Shown here piece by piece: positions 37,121-49,460 of a stretch of 64,000 bases of DNA. This stretch comes from Amphiscolops sp. MND2022 (Eukaryota): positions 5,148,001-5,212,000 of the forward strand of contig OZ076409.1 of the NCBI GenBank assembly GCA_964187785.1, written 5' to 3'. The translations under genes and the position numbers were made by a program. The notes beneath the pieces were generated by a model. That model made no database searches. It worked only from the letters and a program-made list of their open reading frames with translations, and had not been told where the DNA came from. Numbering within the stretch: position 1 is the stretch's first letter; each line of letters begins with the position of its first letter.

Positions 37121-40100
37121 GCAGTTGGTATAATTGTAGTACCATAATATAGTAGAATAGTATAGTATAGATGAAAGGAAGAGAAGCGGACATTTTTACG
37201 GAAAGGGAGACATTGATTGTAACTTGTTTGTGGTAATTGACTTTGTATTTACTCTCTGGCTTATTAAATTTGGTTTCAGCTAATTAAAAGGTAAGTGGAA
37301 ACGAAGACGCTAAAATTTGCAGGCATCTGATTGGTTGTAATGCACTTTGTGGAATCCAAGACACGAATTTGGCGGCATCGTGTCGGCATTTGTCGACATA
37401 TTTTTGGTCCCAGTTTCCGCAATTTGAAACCGGCAAACGTATTAACCCATGCCCTCGGATTCCGAAAAACACCGATTTTCGTGGCGTGGATTCCGCAAAA
37501 TCAGTGCTAAACTGCCAATTTTACACGCTTCAAGACATGTCTGCGGAATCGGAGGACATACACGCACAGAAAAGTGTCTGTGGCGATTTAGCTTGCAGAT
37601 GCACTGTAATGGACGGAAATCCCCTACAGTGGCACAAGTGGTCCGCAAATTTCGGTCGGCCGTTGACACTGCTCCTCTTAGTGCCGATGTAAAGTTAACT
37701 TACCTGAAAACATTAGTTACAGGCAAAGCGAAAGCCGCTATCGCCAACTTCGCCTATTGTGGAAGCATGTACCAGGAAGCGCTCCGAACATTAGAGCAGA
37801 AATTTGGCCAGCCTCAGGAAGTGGTTGGAGCGTACTTGGAAACGTTGTCGATTCACCTGTGTAAAAATGCACAGTTCAGAGAACACCTTTAGCAACGCGT
37901 CAGTCATAACCAGTCTTGTCAGTGACTTTCAGTCCTTTCATATGAAGGTGATCTGAAAAGTTCTTCATTGTTGAATCTAGCTGTCAGTAAGTTACCTCCA
38001 CACGTGAAAGAATAATGGCCCCTGCATACTGTGAAGCGAAACTTGCTTTGTCCGACCTTGCTTGACTTCAATACATGGCTCCAAAAAAACCGGAGCTAGT
38101 GAAAGGATGCGAACGATTCCAAAGAAAGTTTCTGCGGAGGAGCTGCCTCTCTGGGTCCAAGAAAACAACTTCAAAGGTTTTCGCCTCGACTACAGAGCAA
38201 CGGAAAAGCGCGAAAGACAGTAACTCTCAAAAACCCAGGAAGTCAGTTGTCTTGTTCGCAAGCCTAATCATCAACAAAGAGCAAAGTTAGTGACGAAAAA
38301 CCAATTATGTTTTTCCTTGTTTCAAGCAACCCACTGCTTCCGTAACTGTCCACAGCCGATAATTTGTACGAAGAACGGTTGCAACAGCAGCCACAACACT
38401 TTGTTGCACAGTGCTGAACGCGTATTTCCCAGCAAAACGCAGGGTGCGCAGCCAACTCGTACTGACTCTAGTATATCAATGTGACCAATGCTGTGTCACT
38501 GCAATTAAAGAACGAGACATCGTCTAGGTTCTCCTCTTTCGCCGTTGTCAAAGGAGGTTCTACCTACCGTGAGAGTGAAGCTGTCGTCGAGGAACGACTC
38601 AACAACTGCTTTGGCTCTTTGCGACATTCGTTTACTCACACTTGGATAACTAGACAGCTCGCTGACAGGCTGAAACTTAAAAGTAATCCGATCAAGGTGA
38701 CTGGTAACGGGATTAACGTCCAGGAAAATGTTAATACCGAAACGGTTGAATTGAAAACGACCAGTCTTTCATGTCAGGGCAATGAAGTTTATACCTTGAA
38801 GCCTTATGTGAAACAAAGGATTAAAGCGGATCTGACGTCATTGATGTACCAGCTCTTTAACGTCGTTATCCACATCTCGAGCTATTGAGTTCGGAGCCAA
38901 AGAGCTACGTCGATGTCGAGTTAGCTCTCGGTCAGGACGCTTTCGCAGCAATCCATCCGTTAGAGTACTTCGAAGCGGAATCGAAGAAATAACCAATTGC
39001 CGTACGTCTGCAGTTGGCATGGGTGCTTAGTGGTCCGTTTTCAGCTACAACCTGTATGATCTCGACCTGCTTCAAGGCTAATGTGGAAACTGAAAATTTG
39101 ACGGAACAAATCCGTGCTTGATTCGACATTGAATCTTTTGGGTCATTCAAGCAAATTGATCCGAAATCAGCTGCTGATAGCCGAGCCCTCAAGATTTTAG
39201 AAGAAACCACGTTCCATGATTGAGAAGGCTACCAAAATGGAGTGTTGTGGTCAACCGAAGAGCCCCTTCCCGACAACTACTTCGCCGTATAAGTAAAGCT
39301 CAAGGCGCTTGAGAAACGCCTTGAGAAAGACGGGGTTCTGAGAGAAAAGTATCAAAAAACATTCGATGATGATCTCGCTAAAAGCTATATCATTGAAGTG
39401 CCCTCTTACGACCCGTCCAAGAGTACAACTAGTGAGTGGTATCTCCCTCATCATCCGGTAGTATATCGCATGAAACAAAAAAGTACGACGAGTCCTGAAC
39501 GGAGCTTTAATGTGTCAGAAACACTTTTTCAACAGTGCCTCATTAACTGGTCCAGACCTATCGCAGAACCTTTTGCACATTTTGATCTCTTTTCGTGAAT
39601 TTCCTTCGGCCGTATCAGCAGACATTGAGACAATGTTTTTGCAAGTCGGCGTTCGCCTGGCCGAACAACCATCTCTCAGATTTTGTGCGCAAATTAGGCG
39701 TTGCGGGGAACCGCATCAGATAATGAGACTTCGTTCCGAGACGCAGCTCTTGCAGTCAAAGAGAATTCCACATGGATGAATATTTCGATTCATTAAAACT
39801 CCGGAAGAGTCGTTGAAATGAGCCCAAGCCCTGAATCTGTTATTGAGTAAGAGGGATTCAAATTGACAAAGTTCCTTTGCAATGTCAAAGAGCTCGCTGT
39901 TGAATTGAATGGTAACAGAAAGCGAAACGAGAAGCAAAATGAAACTAAAGGAATATCAGACACTCTAGGTAATTCTTCTCATGTCCTTGACTTGAAGTGG
40001 GACAAATCATCCGACAGGCTCATTGTAAGTCGAGGAACCCGACGAAACCTCCAAACATCGCTGACACAGAGTTCGGTCATCAGTTTGGTTGCTTCAGTCG

Positions 40101-40231
40101 TCGATCCTTTATATCCTTTAGTCCTGGTGGCACCATTTACAAATAAAGCTCGTCTGCTACTGAAAGAAGTCCAGCGTTTGTCCAGCGAAGAGTGGGACAT
40201 CGAGTTCCCAAAGGATATTGCTGGAAAGATA

Positions 40232-40840
40232 CATTACGATGCCAAACAGGAACATTGGTTTTTTCAAGAATTGAGGAAAATTGGCTTTTGCGACTACCAA
40301 AATATGTTTTCTAGAAATGAGGAAAAAGTGAACTTCAAAGTGCCGCCAATTTGACCCAAGAATTCAGACAAAAATATTTTAAACAATCTACTTAAACGCT
40401 CCTGGAGTCAATACAAAGTCATTTGTCTCATTACAAATAATAGGAACTTTTTAGAATTCGGCAAACGAGGGATTTTTATTGTGAAAACCGTTTCAACATA
40501 TTCAACAAAATTGTTCATCCACAAAAGGAAGAATCCACAAATTTTCTTTATGGTATTTCTGTGAATTCATACGAAACGAAGAATCCACAAAAATTTAGTA
40601 ACTCAATTAAGTGACCTAATTAGTGAAGAAACCCCGCAAACTAATATTTGCTAATAATTGCTAAAACGAAGTATCCACAAAAAAGTTCAAGAATTCAGGA
40701 AAACAATAAAAATTTTGTTTCGGCGATTCTTCACAGGTTACGCAGATATTGTTGCAAGAATCCAGAAAATTGTTTCACTCCATTTTCCTCATTTCTTGAA
40801 AACCCACGTAATGTAATCAATGTGAAGAATCCACACCACA
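40232..40840. mobile_element. Insertion in BEL pol, probably another CATTAC-family element (right end uncertain)
   Basis: Starts ta|cattacg where BEL similarity stops; cgtaatg|ta at 40807-40815; repeated gaagaatccaca motif; BEL resumes near GAGTRGLS at about 40850. Confidence 0.45.
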
Positions 40841-43800
40841 CTGCAACAGATCTGGTGCAGGTACAAGGGGTCTTTCCGTCCATGCACTGCAATTGAGCAG
40901 TTGATTTAACGGACCCGAATTTCTTCGAATACCAGATTTTCTTCTCCAAGTTGATACTACTGTCTTGCAAATTATCAAAAAGAAGAAAGTTGAACAAAAA
41001 GTTTTTGTGCCTGTCGCTACTAGAAAAGAATAGAACCCATTGTTCAATGGATCGAAGTTCAACGGCTACTCACAATTACTTGGAATAATGGCTTACATTT
41101 TACGTCTTCTACCAAACCACCGCCAGTTCCGCACTCAACAGCAAATCACTGACGCATTGGTGTTCATTCTGGTTGAAAAAAAATGCATCTGCTTTTGCAG
41201 AAGAATCGCTCAGTGAATATTGCAAATGTTTTCGCATCGCAAACACTAGCAGGATTTGATCTTTTTCAGTATTCATTGGACCTGGTGGACTGATACGACC
41301 CACTGCTTGTACGAAGTGACTTGATTTAATTGAGTTTGACATAAAGCACCCTATAATCTTGGTTGGTTTTTAGCTTATTGCACCATTTTGCTTCGAAGTC
41401 TACATGAAATGAGTCATCACCAAGGACTAGTTTTCATGAGATGCCAAACACAGCAACGTTTTGCACTCTTAAAACTAAGTCGATTCTTCCGCAAGATCCA
41501 AAAAATTGTCTCGTGTGTAGAAAACGTGTGTCCCTGAGGAATTAACATTTCAATCAACGCTATTCACGATGACGGGTGTCGACAATTTTGGCGCATTCTT
41601 TGTGAACCTGCGTCGTTCTTCTGAGGAAAGATGGGCATTTCTGTTCACTTGTCTGACCGCACGTGCTGTACATCTCGAAATTGTTTCCGCGTTGGAGTGC
41701 ATGTGTGATAGGTATCGAACTCGTTACTCCACGACGCGGTACGCCGTCAGTATCTTGGTCGGCTAATGGTACCAATTTTGTGGGCGTGGAAAAAGAACTC
41801 TTCGCATCTATCAAGAACTGGAACGAACAAGCTCCTGTCATACCTGTTCAGAAGAGAATAACACGGAAGTTCAACCCACCAGAAACACTTCATCAAGGAG
41901 GATCTTAGGAACAGCTCGTCAGGAGTTACAAGTGGGTCTTTTACGCCATGTTAGGCAATCAAAAGGTTACGGAAGATGTTCTAGTCACAACCTTTTACAT
42001 GGTAGATCAAACCCTCAACGCTCTCCCGGTCAATGCTCGCCCGCTCAAATTTACGACGGTCAGTTCCGACACCTATGACTTTGATGCGCTGTCCCCAAAC
42101 AAACCATTTTCGATTTGGTAGACCCAGCTCATGTTTACCGTCGATAAGTGCCTCCATTGATGACTTTGACCATTGAAAAAGATTCGCTAGAGCCCAGGCT
42201 TATGCAAAAGCCATATGGTCTCATTGGTTTATTGAGTACGTGCCTTCACTGAATCAACGTGGTAAATGGCGTTCCGACTCCAGTCAACACTTGAAATCTG
42301 GGGATTTGGTATGGATTGTGGATCCTGCCTATCCTAGCAGATACTATCCCATTGCGAGTGCTGAGTTGCTGAACTACGGCCCGGACGGTATTGCGCGATC
42401 AGCGAACTTGAAAACTAAAAATGCCCGCTATACGAGGTCATTAGTGAAACTAGTTCCTCTGTTCGAATCCTTCTCTTCTTTCGGGGCGCAGGATGTTGAC
42501 AATTGTTAGTCAACAATCGAAAACTTTTCACAATAATTCATGCACATTGAACTGAATTGTGTACAATCAAATTGTACTTCTGAAGGTACCATGACGCAAT
42601 GGTAGAATCGGTGCTTACCGAGCAAGTCGATGGTGTTCGATCTGCGCCGGCGGCTGCTTTCGGAAAACCCCCTTTCTCGTTTTTGCATCCCGCATGTTAT
42701 GTAGTTCGTCCTTTTGTACTCTGTACGCCTTTCATTTAATTATTTAACGTATTTGTAAACATTGCAAAACGATGTTTCTTTATTCGTTTTTCACATGTAC
42801 TATTCGGAACAAACTTTGTATGAAAGTAAGGTTGTAAAAACATTGTCATTTACTGTTCGTGTACTTCATTCTTTCATCCTTAAACCCCGAATATCAAAAT
42901 AGTTATTCAATTCAATTTCCTGTTTTTGACTACCCGAGCTGTTGCAGACAGAGATGATATAACGTAGTTTGAACTTTCTGATTTGATGATTAGCGATTTA
43001 TATAACCAGCAGCGCAAGAAAAGAAAAGAAAAAAGATATTTAGTTTCCTTCAGAAATTCGAACTGAGTACCATGATAAGAAAATGATAACTTTAGACTTG
43101 TAATGGAAAATAACGAGACATAAAACGTTTAGAAACAAGGTTTGCGGCGAATGAAAATGTTTTCAAGTGAGCAGTCAATTTCACCATTTGGTTTAAGGAG
43201 AAAATATCGAACAAATCTAGGGTAAGTGTTACATAGTTCTCACTACACAGTTAGGTAAGTGCTGAATTCCGCTTGACTACTTCTCAATGTTCGCTGGAAA
43301 CAAACCATTTAAAACTTTTGATAATCGATATTCTCAAAGACAGTTGATTCAATTTCATGCAATTTCAGTGTCAGGATTTATACACTTGTCTCTTCTTCCA
43401 GTGCTCAAACCTCAAGATATCTTTAGAAATGAAGTTGTTTGATAAAAAGTTGAATGTTTATCTACCGCGGATTTGTTTTAAGACTTCAAAGCAACCAAGA
43501 ATTGAAAAATCCATAAGCCTTATAAAGATAACGTTGAGTTATATTTAATTAAAGTATGGAGGTTTTGTACTTCTAGAACTGTGATATTGAAACTGTTTCT
43601 AGAGAAGCTCCGAAAATTGACCTAAATTTTTGGAGTTTTTCAGAATATCAAACTACAATTGCGCATGTAAACTAGGTGTTGAAATTACAAAATCTATGGG
43701 ATAAATTGAAGAGTTAGCTTTTTCAGTTTCTAATATTTAATCAACAAAACAGCATTTTGGATTCATTTTTTTTTGTTTTGAGTATATCTTCTCACGCTTT

Positions 43801-46306
43801 CCTAGTTTTCCTTGATTGATCAATATTGGCTTCCGTTTTTGCAGAAGAAACTGAGTGATTTAATGGAAAAATTAGCAAAATTTTACCGACATTCGAATTT
43901 TTTTCGACCTATCGTCCATTTTAAGCGTCATTCGAATAAGCTTATCGGATTGGAACAGGAAAGAGGAAATGTTTTCATCACATTCTCTTTTTTCCCTGTA
44001 TATTGTTTATAATAAAACTGTTTTTTTTTAAGGCATGTCATTTTTATCCGTTTGTCTTTCCTATGATTTCCCAAAAATGTTCCTTTCCTTTCCTTCCCAT
44101 TTATCACAGGATTGCTGCAATTGGCATTAAATGCATTTGGTTTAAAAACATTTAACAGATCACAAATTCGAATCGAGTTGACAAGTCAAAAAAATCAGAG
44201 GAAAAATGCTCGCAATGTGATTGGTCCAAAATGCTTGACAGTTTTAAATTCCACTGGGAATTGCAATTTCCTTCCCAGATCATTTTGCGCAATTTTCCCT
44301 CGGAGGTAACTCAGGCCTGTTAATTGCATTTTATTAACTTGTCTTGCTAACAATATTTGTAACTGCTACTTTATAAATCCCCCGTCAATCAAATTCATTC
44401 ATGGTTCCCTGTTTGGAATAATTTAAAAACTTAACCCAAAACAGCAAATAGAAATCCTCGTTTTCATCGATATTCAATAAAATTGGTAGATCTTTGGATA
44501 CGACTCATTGCGAAAAACATTTACCAAGAACAACGCATCATAAACAACCAAACTTTTGTGACGTTTTCGGTCAAATCTTGAAGTTGAGTAGTTGAAATTA
44601 CCATGGTGGGTCTTCGAATTATTCACTGCTCGTTTTCGTCAAACATCAGAAGTAAGTTAGAATTATATATTTTTTTCAGGATAAATTTTCAAACACGAAG
44701 TAAAGTTTATTCTATAATTTCAACATTTTGAAAACGTTAACATTGAATCAAGTTTTTTCCTTAGTTTTAAAAAGTGATCTTTCTAAACTTATTTATTTAA
44801 CGTTCAGTTCAACTGATTTAATCATAAAAAATTCCATGAAGTCTATTGTAATATATACGGTCTATTTTTATAATTAGAAACGCAATGTAACCCTTTGTTA
44901 TCATGACTTGAGACCGGTTTTCGACTTCGAAAAACACAGATCCAGAGAGAATTACGTCACAAAAGATACTTTTATCGGAGTCCTGATAAAAAGCATCATA
45001 GTTATAACAAATTTACGCAAGAAAAACGAACAAACATTTTAAATTCCAAAAGGTTTCTAGAAAGTTTTCAGCAAATACTGAGAATTGTTTCGAATTTCAG
45101 ACCTGAGTTTTCCAAAATCTTGAATATAAAAACTTCTTTCTGAATGCCCACGTATAAACGTGAGAAATGGAAAAAAAAGAATTAAATTTAATGATTTTCA
45201 GCCTTTTATCGAGTCTCAACGCATCTTAAGATTTGGGATCATTAGAGGATGCTTTGATTTGGATCCCGCGAAAAAACTGGGAAGAAAACTACACTGTACA
45301 AAAATCCCTCTTTGGGTGTTTGCCAGTTGGGTGACCAAATTCCGAATCAATGGCATGACAATTTGAATTTTTGGTCTAATTAGAAATTTTCGTTCAGTTA
45401 CTTTGAAGTTCGGAGTTCGTCAAAAATTAGTAACAGGATGTAAACTGGCATCGCTACATTTACAGACTGTAAAATATTCAAAAACAAGAGCTCCTTTGAA
45501 TTTAAAAATACTCGCAGGGCTAACTTCGGAGTTGAACTATGTGAATTTGATGAATGGAAGAACTTCAATTTCAACATTTTTCTTGTTTGTTTTCATTCAA
45601 CAAAATCCTAGATTCAGAGCGATTTCTGATTATTTCTCCAAAAATTGCTGCAGTTCGTTTATTTTTTTGGATGTATTCGTTTATTTTGAGTTAGTATGAA
45701 AGTTAGTTTGAGCGGCCATGAGGTCTAACAACCAAAATGTTGGCTTGATCTCGAGAAACGAATAATGTGGGTTCAAATCCTGCTGAGATTCTGTTTTTCA
45801 CAAGGATCTACACCAGTAGATGTTTCTGAAATCTCGCATACAGAGTATGGTTTCAAATGTGACGTAAAAATTTGTATATTGGCCATTTTTTCTCGCAAGT
45901 CACAAGTAGGACTTCAGATTCAACTAGGCTTCATGTTTCTGGGTGAATTAAAAAACGGAACGCACAAAACGCACTCTTCAAATCTTATAATAATATTTGT
46001 AAACAAGACACTGATAATGTTTCAATTTCTCTGTCAATCATCCTCTCGTTACGTAATCAGATCTTCAACAAAGAATGATGCGAACCTCCAGACATACATG
46101 TAGTTTAGACGTCTTTACCAGTCATTTCGTTCACACTTTTGATGTGTGAAAGTTCATTTGCATCGAAGAAAAGTTGTCAAAGTGAACTGCAATCAGTGAC
46201 CGCGAATTTCTGCTGCGTTATGGGACCGATTATGCTGCTAAAAAACGGAAACACTGCTTTTTACTGCCTCATTAGAAAAAAGGACTTGATAAGTTTGAAT
46301 TTTACG

Positions 46307-47818
46307 TCAAAACTCAAAAAAATTGTTATTAACGTAAGCATAATTCAAATCCTTCAAGAGAGAGTCAGACATATTTTGTCGTTGAGGACCCTCAATAAGT
46401 TTCAGTTTGTTGAAGCTTCGTTCCACATCACCACTCGAAGGTTGTATCCATATGCACTTTTGAGCAATTTCTCTCAATTTCGGAAGACCGTACACCTCGG
46501 CCCAGTACTTCACGATGTCAAAATGATCGTTTTCTATTGGTGGCCTGTTCCAATAATCTGCCCATTCATCAAGTAAACTTTCATCATTTTCAGACACAAA
46601 TGGCAAATTCGTGTATTTTCGAATGTCTCTGCTTAAAGTTTCTCGTTGTGTAGGGTCAAAAATCCTTACTGATTTGAAAAACTCAATTGCTGTTTTTTGA
46701 AGTTCGAAGTGCTTTTCAAATTTGGCAGACACTTTTTTGAAACTTTCGTGAAATTTTTCAATCCAACTTGCAAGAGTAACATTCGTAGCAGCTGCTGATT
46801 CTATAACACATTCAACTTTCTCCTTGAAGACAACTTCGGTTTTTCCCTTTTGAAGTTCTGCTCTGAAGGCAATCAATTTGTTGTAGACTAGATGTGCAAC
46901 TGCTTGAGATTTTTTTTCAAAAAATTCGATCAAGCAAATCATTGTTTCGCAGTGTTCAGAAATGAATGTGATCTCAACTTCAAAGTCTTTGAACCTCCCT
47001 GCATCTTGAAAAAAAGTCAATAGTCTTTGGGCATTTTCGTTTTTAGAAACATTCAATTCAGTTTCAAAAAAAGATGCATAAAGTGATGCATACTTCGCAT
47101 GATATTGGGTGGCTTTCAACCATGCTGACCATCGAGTAAAATTTGCCGTCGGTGGGAACTTAGGGTTTTCAATTGCATTGTTTCGTAAATGTTGCTTCCA
47201 GCGTTATCTGCGACCTGCTGCAATTTTTTTCTTGAAAAATTGTCTGAGAAGTTTCAAAATCTCATTTGAAGATGAAAAATGTGATTGCCAAGTATCACCA
47301 AGCAAGTCGATAATATGTGCCCAACACCCGACCCATATCATCCTCGGATACAGACGTGAAAGGATGTCAGAGAACGATTTGAGACAATAACTGGTGTTGT
47401 CGGTAACGTAAAAAATGAAAGAAGTTGCTAAACCGTGCGTTTGGATAGTTGCATTAACAAACTGGGCAAGGGATTGGTGATTAACAGGCTGTTCCAAAAA
47501 CTCGGACTCCAATAATATAACATTTTCGTTGAATTTCAAGACTAAATTCAACACGTGTCTCTCTTTTTCCTTGAACTCGCTTCTTCTCTCAAGGTTTGTT
47601 AACACTGTCGGAATAGTTTGTACACGACTTGAGCTTGGATTTTTTGATGCCTTGACATGTTTTTTGGACGCCAAATGCGATTTTAATGAAGATGATTTTT
47701 TGTAATCAACAGAAATACAACAAAATTTGCAGTAAAGATCACCATTATCCACATGAAAATCCGGGAATTCGGCTGCTCTGCTGTGCGGAGTAACTTGTAC
47801 TGAATTTGCGGAAGGCAT
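46307..47818 (-). pseudogene. hAT transposase of CGGBP1-like type, with one in-frame stop and a probable internal deletion
   Basis: N-terminal zinc finger RAAEFPDFHVDNGDLYCKFC...KSHLASKKH; VTDNTSY; CWAH (CxxH); FTRWSAW read through TAA at 47204-47206; hATC dimerisation YW...PKLREIA...PSSGDVERSF. The first catalytic Asp motif expected before RHVLN is absent. Confidence 0.88.
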
Positions 47819-47881
47819 GAAGGACTTTTCAATCTTTCAGAAGCAGAAAACAGCCTGAAATTTGATTAATTACGTGAAAAG

Positions 47882-48243
47882 AACAAGACGAGAACGTCCA
47901 AAGTCGGCGCCATATCTAAGGCTCAAAAAGCGCAAAAAAATTTTTTTGGAAAAAAACATGAATTTTTGAAAAAAAATTTCTTTCAAAAAAAGTCGCACAG
48001 TGCCGAAAAAAATCCAAAGGGGGGACCCTTTGGGCACGTCCGGTTGTGTATGTTTCCTTGAAAAAGTAAAAACTGAAAGGGGGACCCTTTGGAGTAAAGT
48101 TTGCCTTCTGCGCAGAATTGCAGAATTGTAAGAAAAGTGGACCACTCAGAGTGAGATTGTCAACTGAAAAAAACAAAAAAAAAAAAAAAAACTACTCACT
48201 GTAAGAGTCGGGCACTTTTCACTAGAAAAGCGCCGACTAAAAA
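47882..48243 (-). mobile_element. HINE/DINE-like family B copy, complete
   Basis: aacaagacgagaacgtccaaagtcggcgccatatctaaggctc...agtcgggcacttttc...gaaaagcgccgactaaaa. Confidence 0.75.
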
Positions 48244-48825
48244 CGATAAAGCGTATAAACAGTCACACATTGAAGAGGAAATGATTTTATCCAATCAGAT
48301 TTGAGATGTGAAAGGAATTGCAAATGCAACGCTTGCTTTCCGGTAGCAGTTCTCGAGCTCTTTTGTGATTGGTTCTCACTGCTCTATGCGTTAAAATCTG
48401 CTAATTTCTGCTGTTTACTGCTCAAGCATGAATTCGCGGTCTCTGACTGCAATGCTTAGAGTTGTTGTGAAACAGTTGTTGACAAATATTTGAAACTTTG
48501 AGAGCTCAAACATTTTCATGCGTTCCGTTTTCTATGGTTCATCTAGTAATAGTTTGTCTTCCAGTCAACTTCGTTTCTGACTCATTCGAAGCACTGTTTA
48601 ATGGACGTCAAACATGGGCGATTACGTCATCAGGAAACCCACGCTTTGATGCTCATTTGCCAGTTAGGTTCATGAAAAGGTCCCTAGAGAATAGGGTTTA
48701 AATTTGATGAAGTTTCCATCTTCGTCTAATTGGCGTCAATCTTGCTGAGATATATCGACTCCCTACGGAACTTCGTCTGGAAACGCTTCGAATTCTCTCT
48801 TTTGACAAGACGTCAAGTAACTTGT

Positions 48826-49214
48826 GGCTCTTTTTTGCCCCCCCCCTCATTTTTTAAATGAAAATTAGTGGAAATATTAGAGAAAAAGACTGGGAGCATA
48901 TTCAGAAATCTTCAGAAAGTTTTACATTTATTGTCAAAATGGACTGTTTAGAATTCAGACATAAATTTTGTTCACACTTTTTGTCTTTATGAGTTCACGC
49001 ATTTTTGATTGGGAAATGAACAGCTTCCTGTTTTGAGTCACAAAGAACAGTTAATTTTCAACATAATCACAGTCAAAATGTGTGAAAACTGTTTTGTTCA
49101 AACGAAAAACGGTTCGAACAGAATTTTAACTTCCTGTTATGAAAAGAAATTTAACTTTTACTTCGGTCAGGTTGAAGAAAATATGTAAAATTTTTCTCAA
49201 AACAGAAAAGAACC
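48826..49214. mobile_element. Merlin-like MITE, diverged
   Basis: taacttgt|ggctctttt...cagaaaagaacc|tagcttgt: 8-bp TSD with 1 mismatch. Confidence 0.75.
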
Positions 49215-49246
49215 TAGCTTGTTAAAAAAGAAGTTCTTTTATGCAA

Positions 49247-49460
49247 AGTCGAGCATTTCAGCATCGAATCATACAGGATCGAAAAAAAATATGATGAATA
49301 TTTACTCAGAAACTAAAGTTGGTGGCATGACTCGGCCTTTCGTCGATTACCAGGCTGGTAATCGACGAAAGGCCGAGTCATGCCACCAAGTTTAGTTTCT
49401 TAAGTAAATATTCATCTTATTTTTCCGATCCTGTATGATTCGATGCTGAAATGCTCGACT
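49247..49460. repeat. 214-bp near-perfect palindrome with a 3-nt loop
   Basis: agtcgagcatttcagcatcgaatcatacaggatcg...cgtcgattacca-ggc-tggtaatcgacg...cgatcctgtatgattcgatgctgaaatgctcgact. Confidence 0.92.

Larger units (their letters stand above)
32161..37611. mobile_element. 5.45-kb TIR DNA element (CATTAC termini, 2-bp GA TSD) carrying a SET-domain gene
   Basis: TIR cattacagtgcatcttcaagct / agcttgcagatgcactgtaatg (21/22 match), with ga on both flanks. Removing the element and one GA restores BEL gag tac-gac-gga-aat (YDGN). Confidence 0.92.
30830..42810 (+). mobile_element. Second decayed BEL/Pao retrotransposon (gag-pol pseudogene), interrupted by 32161-37611 and about 40232-40840; outer limits approximate
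   Basis: Gag LPEWKLESY|DGNPLQWHKW, DVKLTYLKTLVTGKAK (DUF1759-like); zinc knuckle CTKNGCNSSHNTLLH; RT-region WYLPHHPV, LTGPDL, SADIETMFLQV; peptidase A17-like DPL...APFTNKARLLLKE; integrase WAFLFTCLTARAVHLE and SANGTNFVG; DUF5641 GDLVWIVD. PPT ggggcgcagga is followed by a TGTTG LTR start at 42494. Many stops and frameshifts. Confidence 0.88.
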
